A DNA stretch of 64,000 bases from Cyanobacteriota bacterium (GTDB lineage Bacteria; Cyanobacteriota; Cyanobacteriia; PCC-6307; Cyanobiaceae): NCBI GenBank assembly GCA_046052125.1, contig JBJOMY010000002.1:128001-192000 (forward strand). Direction: 5' to 3'. Shown piece by piece: positions 19,647-32,077 of this stretch; the first letter of the stretch is position 1, and each line of letters starts with the position of its first letter. The notes below the pieces were generated by a model. It searched no databases and was not told the origin of the DNA. It was given only the letters and a program-made list of their open reading frames with translations. Position numbers and translations under genes: made by a program.

Positions 19647-21476
19647 ATGCGCAGCCACGGATGCGGCGACCTGCGCCAAGACGCCACCGGCCAGGCCGTG
19701 CAGCTGTGCGGCTGGGTTGATCGCAGCCGTGATCACGGCGGGGTGATCTTCATCGATCTGCGCGACCGCAGCGGCACCGTGCAGATCACGGTGGATCCGG
19801 ACAACGGCGCCGAGATGTTCGCCGTGGCCGAACACCTGCGCAACGAAACGGTGATCCAGGTGGAGGGCAAGGTGCGCGAGCGCCCCGCCGACGCGATCAA
19901 CGAGAAGCTGGCCACCGGCCGGGTGGAAGTGCTGGCCAGCGCCATCACCGTGCTCAACAGCGTGAGGGGGAACCTGCCCTTCGCGGTGTCGGTGCACGAC
20001 GAGGAGAACACCCGCGAGGAGCTGCGGCTGCGCCACCGCTACCTCGATCTGCGCCGCGAGCGCATGAACAGCAACCTGCGCCTGCGGGCTCAGACCATCC
20101 AGGCGGCGCGGCGCTTCCTCGAAGACCAGGGCTTCATTGAGGTGGAGACCCCCGTGCTCACCCGCTCCACCCCTGAAGGCGCCCGCGACTATCTGGTGCC
20201 TTCCCGCGTGTGCGGTGGCGAGTGGTTCGCCCTGCCCCAATCGCCCCAGCTGTTCAAGCAGCTGCTGATGGTGGGCGGCATCGAGCGCTACTACCAAGTG
20301 GCTCGCTGCTTCCGCGACGAAGACCTGCGCGCCGATCGCCAGCCGGAATTCACCCAGCTGGACATGGAGATGAGCTTCATGGATCAGGAGCAGATCCTCG
20401 AGCTCAACGAAGCGCTGATCGCCTCCATCTGGAAAACCGTGAAGGGCGTGGAGCTGCCGCGTCCCTTCCCGCGCCTCACCTGGCATGACGCCATGGAGCG
20501 CTACGGCACCGACCGCCCCGATACCCGCTACGGCATGGAGCTCACCAACGTGAGCGACCTGGTGGCCGACATGGGTTTCAAGGTGTTTTCAGGCGCCGTG
20601 GCCGCCGGCGGCTCGGTGAAGTGCATCGCCGTGCCCGGCGGCAACGACGCCGTGAGCAACGTGCGCATCAAGCCCGGCGGCGATGTGTTCAGCGAAGCCC
20701 AGAAAGCCGGTGCCGGTGGCTTGGCCTTCATCCGCGTGCGCGAAGGCGGCGAGATCGACACCATCGGCGCCATCAAAGACAACCTCTCTGACGAGAAGAA
20801 GGCCGAGCTGCTGGCGCGCACCGGCGCTGAGCCCGGCACCTTGATCCTGTTCGGCGCCGGCGACACCGCCACGGTGAACAAGGCCCTCGATCGGGTGCGC
20901 CAGTACCTGGCCCGCGAGCTGGGGATGGTGAAGCCCGACAGCGAAAACGACAGCTGGAACTTCCTCTGGGTGGTGGACTTCCCGATGTTCGAGTTCAACG
21001 CCGACGAGAACCGCTACGAGGCGCTGCACCACCCCTTCTGCGCCCCGAACACAGCCGATCTGGGCAGCGACCCCGCTGCCTGGGCCGACACCCTGCCAGC
21101 AGCCCGCGCCCAGGCCTACGACCTGGTGCTCAACGGCCTGGAGCTGGGCGGCGGTTCGCTGCGCATCCACGATTCAGCCCTGCAGCGCCAGGTGCTCCAA
21201 ACCGTGGGCCTGCCCCTCGAGGAGGCCAACCAGCAGTTCGGCTTCCTGATGGAAGCGCTCGACATGGGCGCCCCGCCCCACGGCGGCCTGGCCTTCGGCG
21301 TGGATCGCATGGTGATGTTGCTGGCTGGTGAGGAATCGATCCGCGACACCATCGCCTTCCCCAAAACCCAGCAGGCCCGCTGCCTGATGACCGGCGCCCC
21401 GGGCGGTGTGGCCGCCAAACAGCTCGAAGAGCTGCACGTGGCCAGCACCTGGGTGGAGGAAGACGCGGAGGCCTGA
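19647..21476 (+). CDS. aspS: Aspartyl-tRNA synthetase
   Basis: [42 protein letters not shown]. Confidence 0.98.
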   Translation: MRSHGCGDLRQDATGQAVQLCGWVDRSRDHGGVIFIDLRDRSGTVQITVDPDNGAEMFAVAEHLRNETVIQVEGKVRERPADAINEKLATGRVEVLASAITVLNSVRGNLPFAVSVHDEENTREELRLRHRYLDLRRERMNSNLRLRAQTIQAARRFLEDQGFIEVETPVLTRSTPEGARDYLVPSRVCGGEWFALPQSPQLFKQLLMVGGIERYYQVARCFRDEDLRADRQPEFTQLDMEMSFMDQEQILELNEALIASIWKTVKGVELPRPFPRLTWHDAMERYGTDRPDTRYGMELTNVSDLVADMGFKVFSGAVAAGGSVKCIAVPGGNDAVSNVRIKPGGDVFSEAQKAGAGGLAFIRVREGGEIDTIGAIKDNLSDEKKAELLARTGAEPGTLILFGAGDTATVNKALDRVRQYLARELGMVKPDSENDSWNFLWVVDFPMFEFNADENRYEALHHPFCAPNTADLGSDPAAWADTLPAARAQAYDLVLNGLELGGGSLRIHDSALQRQVLQTVGLPLEEANQQFGFLMEALDMGAPPHGGLAFGVDRMVMLLAGEESIRDTIAFPKTQQARCLMTGAPGGVAAKQLEELHVASTWVEEDAEA

Positions 21477-21554
21477 GCCACCGCAACGGCGCGGCAATCC
21501 CGAACAGAAACAAGCGATTCGGAGACGAATCTCAACTGAGACTCGATCCTTGGG

Positions 21555-22727
21555 TTGCTGTTTCAGGCGCAGCCTGTGCCCCAGGGCCCTTCCAGCCCCA
21601 AACCCTCTTCAGCCGGCAGGCGCGGCAGCAGCGATCTGGTGCGCCTCTACCTGCAGGACATCGGCCGGGTGGACCTGCTCAGCCACGAGGAGGAGCTCAC
21701 CCTGGCCAGGCAGGTGCAGAAGCGTGAGCGCCTACTGCGGGAGCGACAGGGTCTGGCCAGCCAGGCCGCACCCCTGGCTGATCTGATCAGCCTGGAGACC
21801 GATCGCCAGCGGCTTGCCACACAGCTCGGACACTGGCCTGCGGTGCAGCAATGGGCCGAGCATTTGGGCTGCTCCGTACCGGAGCTGCGCGAGAAGCTGA
21901 GGCAGGATCATGAAGCCTGGGCGGAGCGCAGCGGCCTGAGCGTGGCCGAGCTCAAGCAGGCGTTGCATCACGGCCGCCGCGCCCGCGACCGGATGATCCA
22001 GGCCAACCTGCGCCTGGTGGTGGCCGTGGCCAAGAAGTATCAGCAGCGGGGCATGGAGCTGCTCGATCTGGTGCAGGAAGGCACCCTCGGGCTCGAGCGC
22101 GCCGTGGAGAAATACGACCCCACCCGCGGCTTCCGCTTCAGCACCTACGCCTACTGGTGGATCCGCCAGGGGATCACCCGCGCCATCGCCACCCAGAGCC
22201 GCACCATCCGGCTGCCGGTGCACGTCACCGAGAAGCTCAACCGCATCAAAAAGGCCCAGCGCCAGATCGCCACGGAACACGGCCGCCTGGCCTCGGTGAG
22301 CGACCTGGCCAAGGAACTCGGAGTGAGCGAAGAGGTGGTGCGACTCACGCTGATGCGGGTGCCGCGCTCGGTGTCGCTCGACACGCGCGTGGGCCGCGAG
22401 CAGGACACGCAGCTGGGCGATCTGCTCGAGGACAGCCACGCCACCCCGGAGCAGGAGCTGGCCCGCGAAGCCCTGCACGACGACCTGGAGGCATTGCTGA
22501 AAGAGCTCACCAGCCGCGAAGCCGCCGTGATCCGCCTGCGCTACGGCCTCGAGGACGACACCCCCCAGACCCTCTCCCAGATCGGCGAAGACCTGCACCT
22601 CTCGCGGGAGCGGGTGCGGCAGATCGAATCGCGCGCCCTGCTCAAGCTGCGCCAACCCCAGCGGCGCTGCCGAGTGCAGGACTACATTCGCAGCCTCGAC
22701 AGCGACCAGCCCGATGCCGGCCGGTAA
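21555..22727 (+). CDS. RpoD-family (group 2) RNA polymerase sigma factor
   Basis: DLVRLYLQDIGR, ANLRLVV, DLVQEG, FSTYAYWWIRQ, SRERVRQIE; start uncertain. Confidence 0.93.
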   Translation: MLFQAQPVPQGPSSPKPSSAGRRGSSDLVRLYLQDIGRVDLLSHEEELTLARQVQKRERLLRERQGLASQAAPLADLISLETDRQRLATQLGHWPAVQQWAEHLGCSVPELREKLRQDHEAWAERSGLSVAELKQALHHGRRARDRMIQANLRLVVAVAKKYQQRGMELLDLVQEGTLGLERAVEKYDPTRGFRFSTYAYWWIRQGITRAIATQSRTIRLPVHVTEKLNRIKKAQRQIATEHGRLASVSDLAKELGVSEEVVRLTLMRVPRSVSLDTRVGREQDTQLGDLLEDSHATPEQELAREALHDDLEALLKELTSREAAVIRLRYGLEDDTPQTLSQIGEDLHLSRERVRQIESRALLKLRQPQRRCRVQDYIRSLDSDQPDAGR

Positions 22728-22732
22728 ATTAA

Positions 22733-24406
<1,674 letters not shown>

Positions 24407-24425
24407 GAAGAGCCCGCCAAGGCCA

Positions 24426-25607
24426 TCAAATTCGACGCAAAGACTCCGTTTTGTCTTTGAACTCACCCAACAAGAGCTGCAAATAGCTCACCTTGCGTAG
24501 CTTGATATTGGCAGTAAGAGACATTCCCACCTGAAGAGGCAGCTGAGTGCCAGATTTCACCTGGAGCTGTTGCGAAGCCAACTGAATCTCAGCCGGATAC
24601 CGGTAGGTCTGCTTGAGTTGATCAGGCGGTAGGGCATCGGAGGCAATCCGCTTGACTGTCCCGTGCAGTACACCGAAATCAGAAGATGGGAAGGAGTCAA
24701 TACTGAGATCAACAGGCTTACCCACAGAGACGAAGCCAATCTTACTGCTATCAATTTCCACCTTCGCCTTCAGGTTGTTGTAAGGCACGATCTTCATCAC
24801 CGGTTCACTGCCCTGAGCAACAAAGCCCGGACCCGTAGGCTTGAGATCAAATACCAAACCATCCACTGGTGAGCGGATGTCCTGATAGCGGATATTCACC
24901 CGCAACTCCGTGAGCTTGCTTTGCAGATCAGCGAGCTCACCGCGCAACTGCTGAACCTGCTGTTGGAGGATCGCTACCTGACGCTGGCGATCCATGGTGG
25001 TTTTCGCGAGGTCACCCTCCACCTCGCGCACCTTGTTGCGTTGCTGCAAAACCTGCAGCTCCGCAGATGCCCCCGTTCGCTGCAAACCAGCAAAACGCTC
25101 AAGAATCTCTCGCTCCAGCACAAGATTTTGCCGCAACACCGCCTGCTCCGTGTCGTTGAGGCCTAGGTAGCGCTGAAGCTCAACTTCCTTCAACCCCAGC
25201 TGCTGCTGTTTGGCAGCAATGGTTTTTTGCAGACTAATCTCGCGATCTTTCGTTGTTTCGCTATCCAAACGCAGAAGAACCTGCCCTTTACTCACTCGCT
25301 GACCTTCCTTCACGAGCATTTCATCCAACACACCGCCCACTGGCACCTGAATCGTTTTCACATCACCAATAGGCTCTAATTTGCCGGGAGCAACAACCAC
25401 TTCCTCAGTCTGAGCAAAGGTGAGCCAGGCCAATCCGAAACCAGTGCAACCAATCAGCGACCAGGTCAAAGCCCGAGCCAATACGCGAGACTGCTGCAAG
25501 CCCATCTGGTCTTGACTGCTCTGCACTCTGCGCTCGATCGCATTTTGAGCAGCACGAACAAGCGAGCCGGGCTGGATGGGTTTACGCCGCGGAACCAAAT
25601 CAGACAT
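24426..25607 (-). CDS. HlyD-family type I secretion adaptor
   Basis: Single TM helix, APGKLEP, coiled coil, IRSPVDG, GMSLTANIK. Confidence 0.92.
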   Translation of the reverse strand: MSDLVPRRKPIQPGSLVRAAQNAIERRVQSSQDQMGLQQSRVLARALTWSLIGCTGFGLAWLTFAQTEEVVVAPGKLEPIGDVKTIQVPVGGVLDEMLVKEGQRVSKGQVLLRLDSETTKDREISLQKTIAAKQQQLGLKEVELQRYLGLNDTEQAVLRQNLVLEREILERFAGLQRTGASAELQVLQQRNKVREVEGDLAKTTMDRQRQVAILQQQVQQLRGELADLQSKLTELRVNIRYQDIRSPVDGLVFDLKPTGPGFVAQGSEPVMKIVPYNNLKAKVEIDSSKIGFVSVGKPVDLSIDSFPSSDFGVLHGTVKRIASDALPPDQLKQTYRYPAEIQLASQQLQVKSGTQLPLQVGMSLTANIKLRKVSYLQLLLGEFKDKTESLRRI

Positions 25608-28555
25608 CAGCTTGCCTCCTGCTGGCGATAGAGGGCGAAATAGCGACCCTTTCGGGCAATCAACTCATCATGCGTTCCGGTTTCCACAACCGCACCCTGA
25701 TGCATCATCACAATCAAATCAGCCCGACGAATTGTGGACAAACGGTGAGTGATGAAAAACACCGTGCAGTGATTGACATGTTCAAGAAGGTTGTTGCACA
25801 CTCGGCGCTCTGTGTCGTAATCGAGCGCGCTAGTGGCTTCATCCAGCACCAGCATTTTGGGCCGGCTCAGCAAGGTGCGCGCCAAAGCAATCCGTTGACG
25901 CTGCCCCCCCGATAGGCCAGCCCCCCTCTCACCCACATTGGTGCTGTAGCCGGAGGGCAACTCCATGATGAATTCATGGGCACAGGCCAGCGATGCAGCC
26001 TCCACAATGGAGTCACTCGTGGCATCGGGATCAGTGAGCGCAATGTTCTCTGCCACAGTGCCAGAGAACAGCAATGGCTCCTGCGGCACGATACCGATCT
26101 GTCGCCGCAACGAGTACAGCTCAACCTTATCAATGTCGTAACCATCCATCAGCACACGGCCCTGGCCAGGCGCATAGAGACGGGTCAGGAGTTTGGTGAG
26201 CGTGCTCTTACCACTGCCGCTCTGACCAACAATGCCGACAAAGGTTCCTGCAGGAATATCGAGATTGATGTTCTGCAACACAGGCGTTGACGTGCCCGGA
26301 AATGTGAAGCTCACATTCTCAAAGACAACCCGTCCATCCACGGGTGGCAATGGGATCTTCTGCTTGTCTTCTTCGTTCGATTCCTCTGGCGTATCAACAA
26401 CATCGGCCAGACGCTCAAAAGAAACCTTGAGCTCCTGGATATTTTGCCAGATGCCGGACAGCCGCAACATGGGCTGGGTGACATAACCAGAAATGATCCG
26501 AAAAGCAATCAACTGCCCAAGGCTCATCTCTCCTTTGAGAACAAGACTGGCGCCCACCCACAGCACCAGAAGCTGAGAGAGCTTCTGCAGCACCTGACTG
26601 GTTTCTGTGAGCGCCGTACCCGTAATTGTTTTTTCAAAGGTTCGCGCAATGTATTGGCTGTAAAAATCTTGCCATTTCCAACGGCTGATCATTTCTACGT
26701 TCTGGGCTTTCACCGTCTGGATACCACTGAGCACCTCCACCAGGTGACTTTGAGTACGAGCGTTTTGGTTGGCCGCATCGCGGTATTGACGGCGAAACAG
26801 TGGCGCACCCAGCAAAGTGAGCCCAACCTGAATGGGCAGCACCGACAAAGCGATCAGGGTGAGCAACCAGCTGTAGATCACCATCACCACGATGTAGATC
26901 ACCGAAAAAGCAGCATCCAAAACCGTCGTGAGGGCTTGACCAGTGAGGAAATTGCGAATTTTCTCCATCTCGGCAATGCGAGTGCCAAGCTCGCCGACCG
27001 GCCGACGATCGAAATAGCTCAGCGGCAGACGGAGCAGGTGATCGATCACTTCAGATCCCAGACGCAGGTCGATCCGATTGGTTGTTTCCGAAAAAAGGAA
27101 GGTGCGGAGCGATCCGATCACACCTTCCATCAAGGTGACTACCACCAGGGCGACACCCAGCACTTGCAGCGTGTCCAAGCTGCGCTGACTGATCACCTTA
27201 TCGATGATCACCTGAATCAATAGGGGATTGGCCAGGCTGAACAGCTGCACCACAAAGGATGCCAGCAAGACCTGGAGCAATAAGCCGCGATAGCGGCGCA
27301 GGGCCGGCCAGAACCAGGAAAAACCAAAGCGCTGCTCGGGAGTGCTGTTACTCCTCTCCAACAACAGAAGCTCGATCCCTTCCGGGAAGGTGGTCTCGAT
27401 CTGCTCGGGCGACAGCTCAACCCAACCATCACGAGGGGAGGCCAACACAAGGCCTTGCGCGTTACTGAGCTGCACGAGAGCAAACCCACCGTTCCAGCTC
27501 ACCAATCCAGGTGTCTGAAGCCGGGTGCCCTGAGAAGCTGGGACCCGCACGCCGCTCACGTGCAAGCCGAGCATGGCGCCAAGGCTTCCGCATAACTGCA
27601 GATTGGGCTGTCGCCCGCGATTCAAGCCTTCGCGCAGGATCCGCTCAATTGCATCGCGGCGAAAAGGAAGACGCAGCTCGGCCGAGAGCATCTGGAAGCA
27701 CGCCAGCACTTCATCAAGCGGTCCAGTCGCGCGCACCAGCGCAAATCTGGCTCGATCACGGCTACCCAGATCGAGGCCCGATTGCAACGGTGCCGTAGGC
27801 AACGCGGTATCAGCAGCAACCAACGCTCCTGCTGAAGGAGTCTCGACTTTGACTGTATCCAGACCGTCACCGAGCAGTGCCTCTAAGGGCTCGCGCTGCC
27901 AGGCCAACAACCGTGCTTGAAGAGGTGGATGAGCCTGCGGAACGCCCGCCGCTGGATCCAGGCTGGCGCCCAGCTCATGGTCGGCAAGGTTGTTGCTGGC
28001 GGCTAGGAGCTGCTCGTTAGCCCGCACGGATCCCAAGGAGGGAGCTGTCGCGTCCACGCAGCGTGCGTAGGGCAGAAGATCGCGACATAGATCACGCAGA
28101 CCGATCCGTGCCGTGGGGTGCACCTGCAACAACGGCGCGAGGAGATCAGCCAACTCCGCAGGCCACAACTGCGAACTACACCAGCTGCGAAAACTGGGTT
28201 CCTCCTGTAGCAGCTGCAGCAGATCTGCATCCGAAAGCGCTGCTGCCCGTAGCTCGGAAGCGGCAGCCACCTCCTCGCAACCCTTCACGCGCAGAAAGGA
28301 AGCCAGGCCAACCCACTCGCCGGGACCAAGTTTGCACAGGGTGACGGTGCGTCCATGCTCCTGGACCAGCACCCGGGCTTCTCCCTCAAGGATGAGGAGC
28401 ACCTCCTTGGGCACCAGGTCGCGATGGCACAGCGGCTGGCCAACCCCGAACCTGCGCTCTTGCAGCTGTGTGCTGAGCTGCTCCAAGCGAGCCGGAGAGA
28501 GCTGGGCCAGAGCGGGGTGGGCGGCCAACAGGTTGTCGGAGACGACCTGAGTCAT
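25607..28555 (-). CDS. HlyB-type type I secretion ABC transporter with N-terminal cNMP-like and C39-like domains
   Basis: GQSGSGKS, LSGGQRQR, LDEATSALD; IQVIIDKV TM region; N-terminal ILEGEARV..GEWVG. Confidence 0.92.
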   Translation of the reverse strand: MTQVVSDNLLAAHPALAQLSPARLEQLSTQLQERRFGVGQPLCHRDLVPKEVLLILEGEARVLVQEHGRTVTLCKLGPGEWVGLASFLRVKGCEEVAAASELRAAALSDADLLQLLQEEPSFRSWCSSQLWPAELADLLAPLLQVHPTARIGLRDLCRDLLPYARCVDATAPSLGSVRANEQLLAASNNLADHELGASLDPAAGVPQAHPPLQARLLAWQREPLEALLGDGLDTVKVETPSAGALVAADTALPTAPLQSGLDLGSRDRARFALVRATGPLDEVLACFQMLSAELRLPFRRDAIERILREGLNRGRQPNLQLCGSLGAMLGLHVSGVRVPASQGTRLQTPGLVSWNGGFALVQLSNAQGLVLASPRDGWVELSPEQIETTFPEGIELLLLERSNSTPEQRFGFSWFWPALRRYRGLLLQVLLASFVVQLFSLANPLLIQVIIDKVISQRSLDTLQVLGVALVVVTLMEGVIGSLRTFLFSETTNRIDLRLGSEVIDHLLRLPLSYFDRRPVGELGTRIAEMEKIRNFLTGQALTTVLDAAFSVIYIVVMVIYSWLLTLIALSVLPIQVGLTLLGAPLFRRQYRDAANQNARTQSHLVEVLSGIQTVKAQNVEMISRWKWQDFYSQYIARTFEKTITGTALTETSQVLQKLSQLLVLWVGASLVLKGEMSLGQLIAFRIISGYVTQPMLRLSGIWQNIQELKVSFERLADVVDTPEESNEEDKQKIPLPPVDGRVVFENVSFTFPGTSTPVLQNINLDIPAGTFVGIVGQSGSGKSTLTKLLTRLYAPGQGRVLMDGYDIDKVELYSLRRQIGIVPQEPLLFSGTVAENIALTDPDATSDSIVEAASLACAHEFIMELPSGYSTNVGERGAGLSGGQRQRIALARTLLSRPKMLVLDEATSALDYDTERRVCNNLLEHVNHCTVFFITHRLSTIRRADLIVMMHQGAVVETGTHDELIARKGRYFALYRQQEAS

Positions 28556-29289
28556 GCCTCGGGAAAGCGCAGGGGAATCAGCTGATTGATGCGTTGAAGC
28601 ACGGCCTCCTCAACAGCCTCCTCAAAGAGTTCGCGGGCCATCTGCTCAGCCGTTTCGTCGTTCAGGGTTGCAGGGGTGTAGCTCTCCAGCCTCACAACCA
28701 GCCACCACTTCTCAATCCGAAACGGCTCCAGCAGCACACCAGGCGTCCCTGTGCGCAGCCGCTCCGCCAAAACAGGGTGCGCCTGCATCAACGGGACAGG
28801 ACCGACCACTCCACGGGTGGTGCGCTCAGGTCCTTCGGCATAGCGCGATGCCAGTTCTGCGAAATCCGATTCACCTTCATTGATCCGCAGATAGAGCTCG
28901 CGGGCCAGACCGGCATCCTCAAGACGCAACAAGCTGTAAACCACACGGTCGAGTTGGTTCTTGCGCTGCAGAAAGCGAGCTTCGGCCTTGGGCCGGTAAT
29001 GCTCCTCCACGTATCGCTGCAGACGCCAGGGTTGGAGGAGCTGTTGCTCCAACTCCTCGCGATGCAACAAGTTGAGGCGCAGAAAGACCTGTAGATCCTC
29101 TTCCGTCGAAAGTTGCTGCTCCTGCATGAATGCCTGCAGAGCCTGAGCGGAGTCTTCAGGAGTCACCGGCACAGCAGCTGCGTATTTGGCGACCACCATC
29201 TGACGCAGTAGAGGTTTCACCATCCGATGACGCGCCAACAGATCGACCTGATCCGGGCTCAGCGACGGAGAGGGTTCACCGGCGAGCAA
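28552..29289 (-). CDS. Parvulin/PpiC-type peptidyl-prolyl isomerase
   Basis: LDRVVYSLLR, DFAELASRYAEGPE..TRGVVGP; ATGA overlap with the ABC gene; start uncertain. Confidence 0.85.
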   Translation of the reverse strand: MLAGEPSPSLSPDQVDLLARHRMVKPLLRQMVVAKYAAAVPVTPEDSAQALQAFMQEQQLSTEEDLQVFLRLNLLHREELEQQLLQPWRLQRYVEEHYRPKAEARFLQRKNQLDRVVYSLLRLEDAGLARELYLRINEGESDFAELASRYAEGPERTTRGVVGPVPLMQAHPVLAERLRTGTPGVLLEPFRIEKWWLVVRLESYTPATLNDETAEQMARELFEEAVEEAVLQRINQLIPLRFPEA

Positions 29290-29390
29290 TGCAACACCTA
29301 AGAAAGCCGCTGCAAGTTAGGTTCAAAACCATTGGATCGCACCACTGGTGCAGCATCTAGGGATCGATCCCCTGCAATTGACAGCAGAGA

Positions 29391-30023
29391 GTGACTGAAT
29401 TGAGCCTGCCGGTGGTGGAAACCTTCCACTCGCTCCAGGGCGAAGGAATCCACGGCGGCCGCAGTGCCTTCTTCATTCGCCTGGGGGGCTGCAGCGTGGG
29501 CTGCAGCTGGTGCGACACGAAGCCGTCGTGGCCGCGCGACGTGCATCCGAAGCTGGCGATCGAGGCACTGCGGCGTGAGGCGGAGCAGGCCACCGCTGCC
29601 GGAGCGGCCTTCGTGGTGATTACCGGCGGGGAGCCGCTGGAGCACAACCTGTCTCCACTCTGCGAGGTGCTGCAGTCCATCGGAGTGCCGCTGCATCTGG
29701 AAACCAGCGGCGTGGGTGATCTGAGCGGATCGTTCCACTGGATCACCCTGTCGCCCAAGCCGCACCGACCGCCCAGCCCTAGAGCCTTGGCCGCCTGCCA
29801 TGAGCTCAAGGTGGTGGTGCATGAAGCCAGTGATCTGAGCTTCGCCGAAGCGATGGCCGCCGCAGCCATCCAGGGGCGCGGCGCCGATCAATCAGCGCCC
29901 CAGCTGCTGCTGCAACCCGGTTGGGCAAGCGAAGCCGGCCAGCAGTTGGCGATCGATTACGTGCGTAGCCATCCCCAATGGAGGCTGAGCCTGCAGAGCC
30001 ACAAGTGGCTGGGGGTGCGATGA
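29391..30023 (+). CDS. queE: 7-carboxy-7-deazaguanine synthase (radical SAM)
   Basis: FHSLQGEG, CSVGCSWCDT, ITGGEP, LSLQSHK. Confidence 0.95.
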   Translation: MTELSLPVVETFHSLQGEGIHGGRSAFFIRLGGCSVGCSWCDTKPSWPRDVHPKLAIEALRREAEQATAAGAAFVVITGGEPLEHNLSPLCEVLQSIGVPLHLETSGVGDLSGSFHWITLSPKPHRPPSPRALAACHELKVVVHEASDLSFAEAMAAAAIQGRGADQSAPQLLLQPGWASEAGQQLAIDYVRSHPQWRLSLQSHKWLGVR

Positions 30024-30044
30024 GGGATCCCACGCCTCGGCATC

Positions 30045-30749
30045 ATGGAGCTGGCGCCCGTTTCGCAGCACTTGCCCACCGCCATTGCTCTGCTCTCCGG
30101 CGGGCTCGACTCCGCCACCGCCGCCGCCCTGGCCGTTGAAGCGGGCCAGCGCGTGATTGGGCTGTCGTTTGATTACGGCCAGCGCCATCGGCGTGAACTG
30201 GAAGCCGCCGCCTGCGTGGCGCAGCGCCTTGGCCTGGCGGAGCACCACACCATCAGCGTGAACCTGGCGGCTTGGGGCGGATCCGCTCTCACCGACAGCA
30301 GCATCGCCGTCCCCAGCGAAGGGGTGCAGAGCGATGTGATCCCCAGCACCTATGTGCCCGGGCGCAACACCGTGTTCATCGCCATCGGCCTCAGCCTGGC
30401 GGAAGCGCGAGGCGCCGAACGGCTGGTGCTCGGCGTGAACGCCGTGGACTACTCCGGCTATCCCGACTGCCGGCCGGATTACCTGGAGGCCTTTCAGCGC
30501 CTGGCCGATCTGGCCAGCAAAGCCGGCCGGGAAGGCCATGGCAGCCAGCTCTGGGCGCCCCTGGTGCAGTGGAGCAAAACCAAAATCGTGCAGGAGGCCC
30601 TGCGGCTGGGGGTGCCGATCGAAGACACCTGGAGCTGCTACAGCGGCGGCAGCGAACCCTGCGGTGTGTGCGACAGCTGTCGGATCCGTGATGCCGCCCT
30701 GATCGAAGCGGGCCGGCCCGACCTGGCCAGCCGCGCCGGCCGGAGCTGA
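30045..30749 (+). CDS. queC: 7-cyano-7-deazaguanine synthase
   Basis: SGGLDS, YVPGRN, YPDCRP, WSCY..CGVCDSC. Confidence 0.96.
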   Translation: MELAPVSQHLPTAIALLSGGLDSATAAALAVEAGQRVIGLSFDYGQRHRRELEAAACVAQRLGLAEHHTISVNLAAWGGSALTDSSIAVPSEGVQSDVIPSTYVPGRNTVFIAIGLSLAEARGAERLVLGVNAVDYSGYPDCRPDYLEAFQRLADLASKAGREGHGSQLWAPLVQWSKTKIVQEALRLGVPIEDTWSCYSGGSEPCGVCDSCRIRDAALIEAGRPDLASRAGRS

Positions 30750-32077
30750 TGCCCACCACGCGCTTGCGGGTGAGCTGGCGCACGCCAGCCAACCTGGCAC
30801 CCCTGCTGGCTGAGCACTGGGGCCAGGAGGGGCTGATCTGGCTCGATGGGGATGGCAGCGCCCTGGGCCGCTGGGCCACCCTGGCCGCCGATCCGGTGGA
30901 GCAGTACTGCTGCCGAGGCCGCCCGGGCGATCCGGGCGCCAGTGATCCTTTCAACGTGCTCAGCAGCCTGGGGCCAGGGCATTGGTGCGGCTGGCTCAGC
31001 TACGAAGCCGCAGCCTGGGTGGAACCGTCCAACCCCTGGAAGGCAGACCGCATGGCCAGCCTCTGGATCGCCCGCCAAGATCCGGTGCTGCGCTTCGATC
31101 TGGAGGAGCAACAGCTGTGGCTGGAGGGGCAGGATCTAGCGCGGCTGGAGGCCATGGCTCAGTGGCTGGAGTCGTTGCCCGATGGCGGAGAGCTGCGCCG
31201 CGAGCAAGCGCCCTCCATCCCCCTGGAGAGCTGGCAGTGGCATAGCGATCGCGCCGCGTTCGCCAGAGGGGTGGAGCGCATCCGCGCCTTGATCGCCAGT
31301 GGCGATCTGTTTCAGGCGAACCTCACCGCCTGCTGCAGCACGGTGCTTCCGGGCGGCGGGCCCGAGGAATCAGCGGTGGCTTTGCCGCTGTTTGAGCGGC
31401 TGCGGGATCGCTGCCCAGCACCCTTTGCCGGACTGGTGGTGGCAGCGGGCGAGGCCCGCGGCGAGGCAGTGATTTCGGCCTCGCCGGAGCGTTTTTTGCA
31501 AGTAAGCGCCGATGGCCTGGTGGAAACCAGGCCGATCAAAGGCACCCGGCCGCGGGATCCCGATCCCCAGCGCGATGCGGATCAGGCGGCAGAGCTGGTG
31601 TGCAGCGGCAAAGACCGCGCCGAGAACGTGATGATCGTGGACCTGCTTCGCAACGACCTAGGCCGGGTCTGCGTGCCGGGCTCCATTCATGTGCCTCAGC
31701 TGGTGGGGCTGGAGAGTTACCCACAGGTGCATCACCTCACCTCGGTGGTGAGTGGACAGCTCCAACCCGGACGCAGCTGGGCCGACCTACTGCAGGCCTG
31801 CTGGCCGGGGGGATCGATCAGCGGTGCGCCAAAACTGCGGGCCTGCCAACGGCTGGCGGAACTGGAGCCGGTCGCCCGCGGCCCCTATTGCGGCTCGCTG
31901 ATCCGCCGCGACTTTGACGGCAGCTTCGACAGCAGCATCCTCATCCGCACCCTGCTCTTGCAGGGCCGCGAACTGCGCTGCCATGCGGGCTGCGGCATCG
32001 TGGCCGATTCCGATCCCAGCGCTGAGGCCAGCGAGCTGGGCTGGAAGCTCAACCCCCTGCTGGAGGCCCTGGCATGA
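30749..32077 (+). CDS. pabB: Aminodeoxychorismate synthase component I-like (chorismate-binding family)
   Basis: SPERFL, RPIKGT, ENVMIVDLLRNDLG, PGGSISGAPK. Confidence 0.8.
   Translation: MPTTRLRVSWRTPANLAPLLAEHWGQEGLIWLDGDGSALGRWATLAADPVEQYCCRGRPGDPGASDPFNVLSSLGPGHWCGWLSYEAAAWVEPSNPWKADRMASLWIARQDPVLRFDLEEQQLWLEGQDLARLEAMAQWLESLPDGGELRREQAPSIPLESWQWHSDRAAFARGVERIRALIASGDLFQANLTACCSTVLPGGGPEESAVALPLFERLRDRCPAPFAGLVVAAGEARGEAVISASPERFLQVSADGLVETRPIKGTRPRDPDPQRDADQAAELVCSGKDRAENVMIVDLLRNDLGRVCVPGSIHVPQLVGLESYPQVHHLTSVVSGQLQPGRSWADLLQACWPGGSISGAPKLRACQRLAELEPVARGPYCGSLIRRDFDGSFDSSILIRTLLLQGRELRCHAGCGIVADSDPSAEASELGWKLNPLLEALA

Noticed and set aside
29290..29390. preQ1 riboswitch upstream of queE
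   Set aside because: No recognisable preQ1 stem-loop with an A-rich tail in this spacer.
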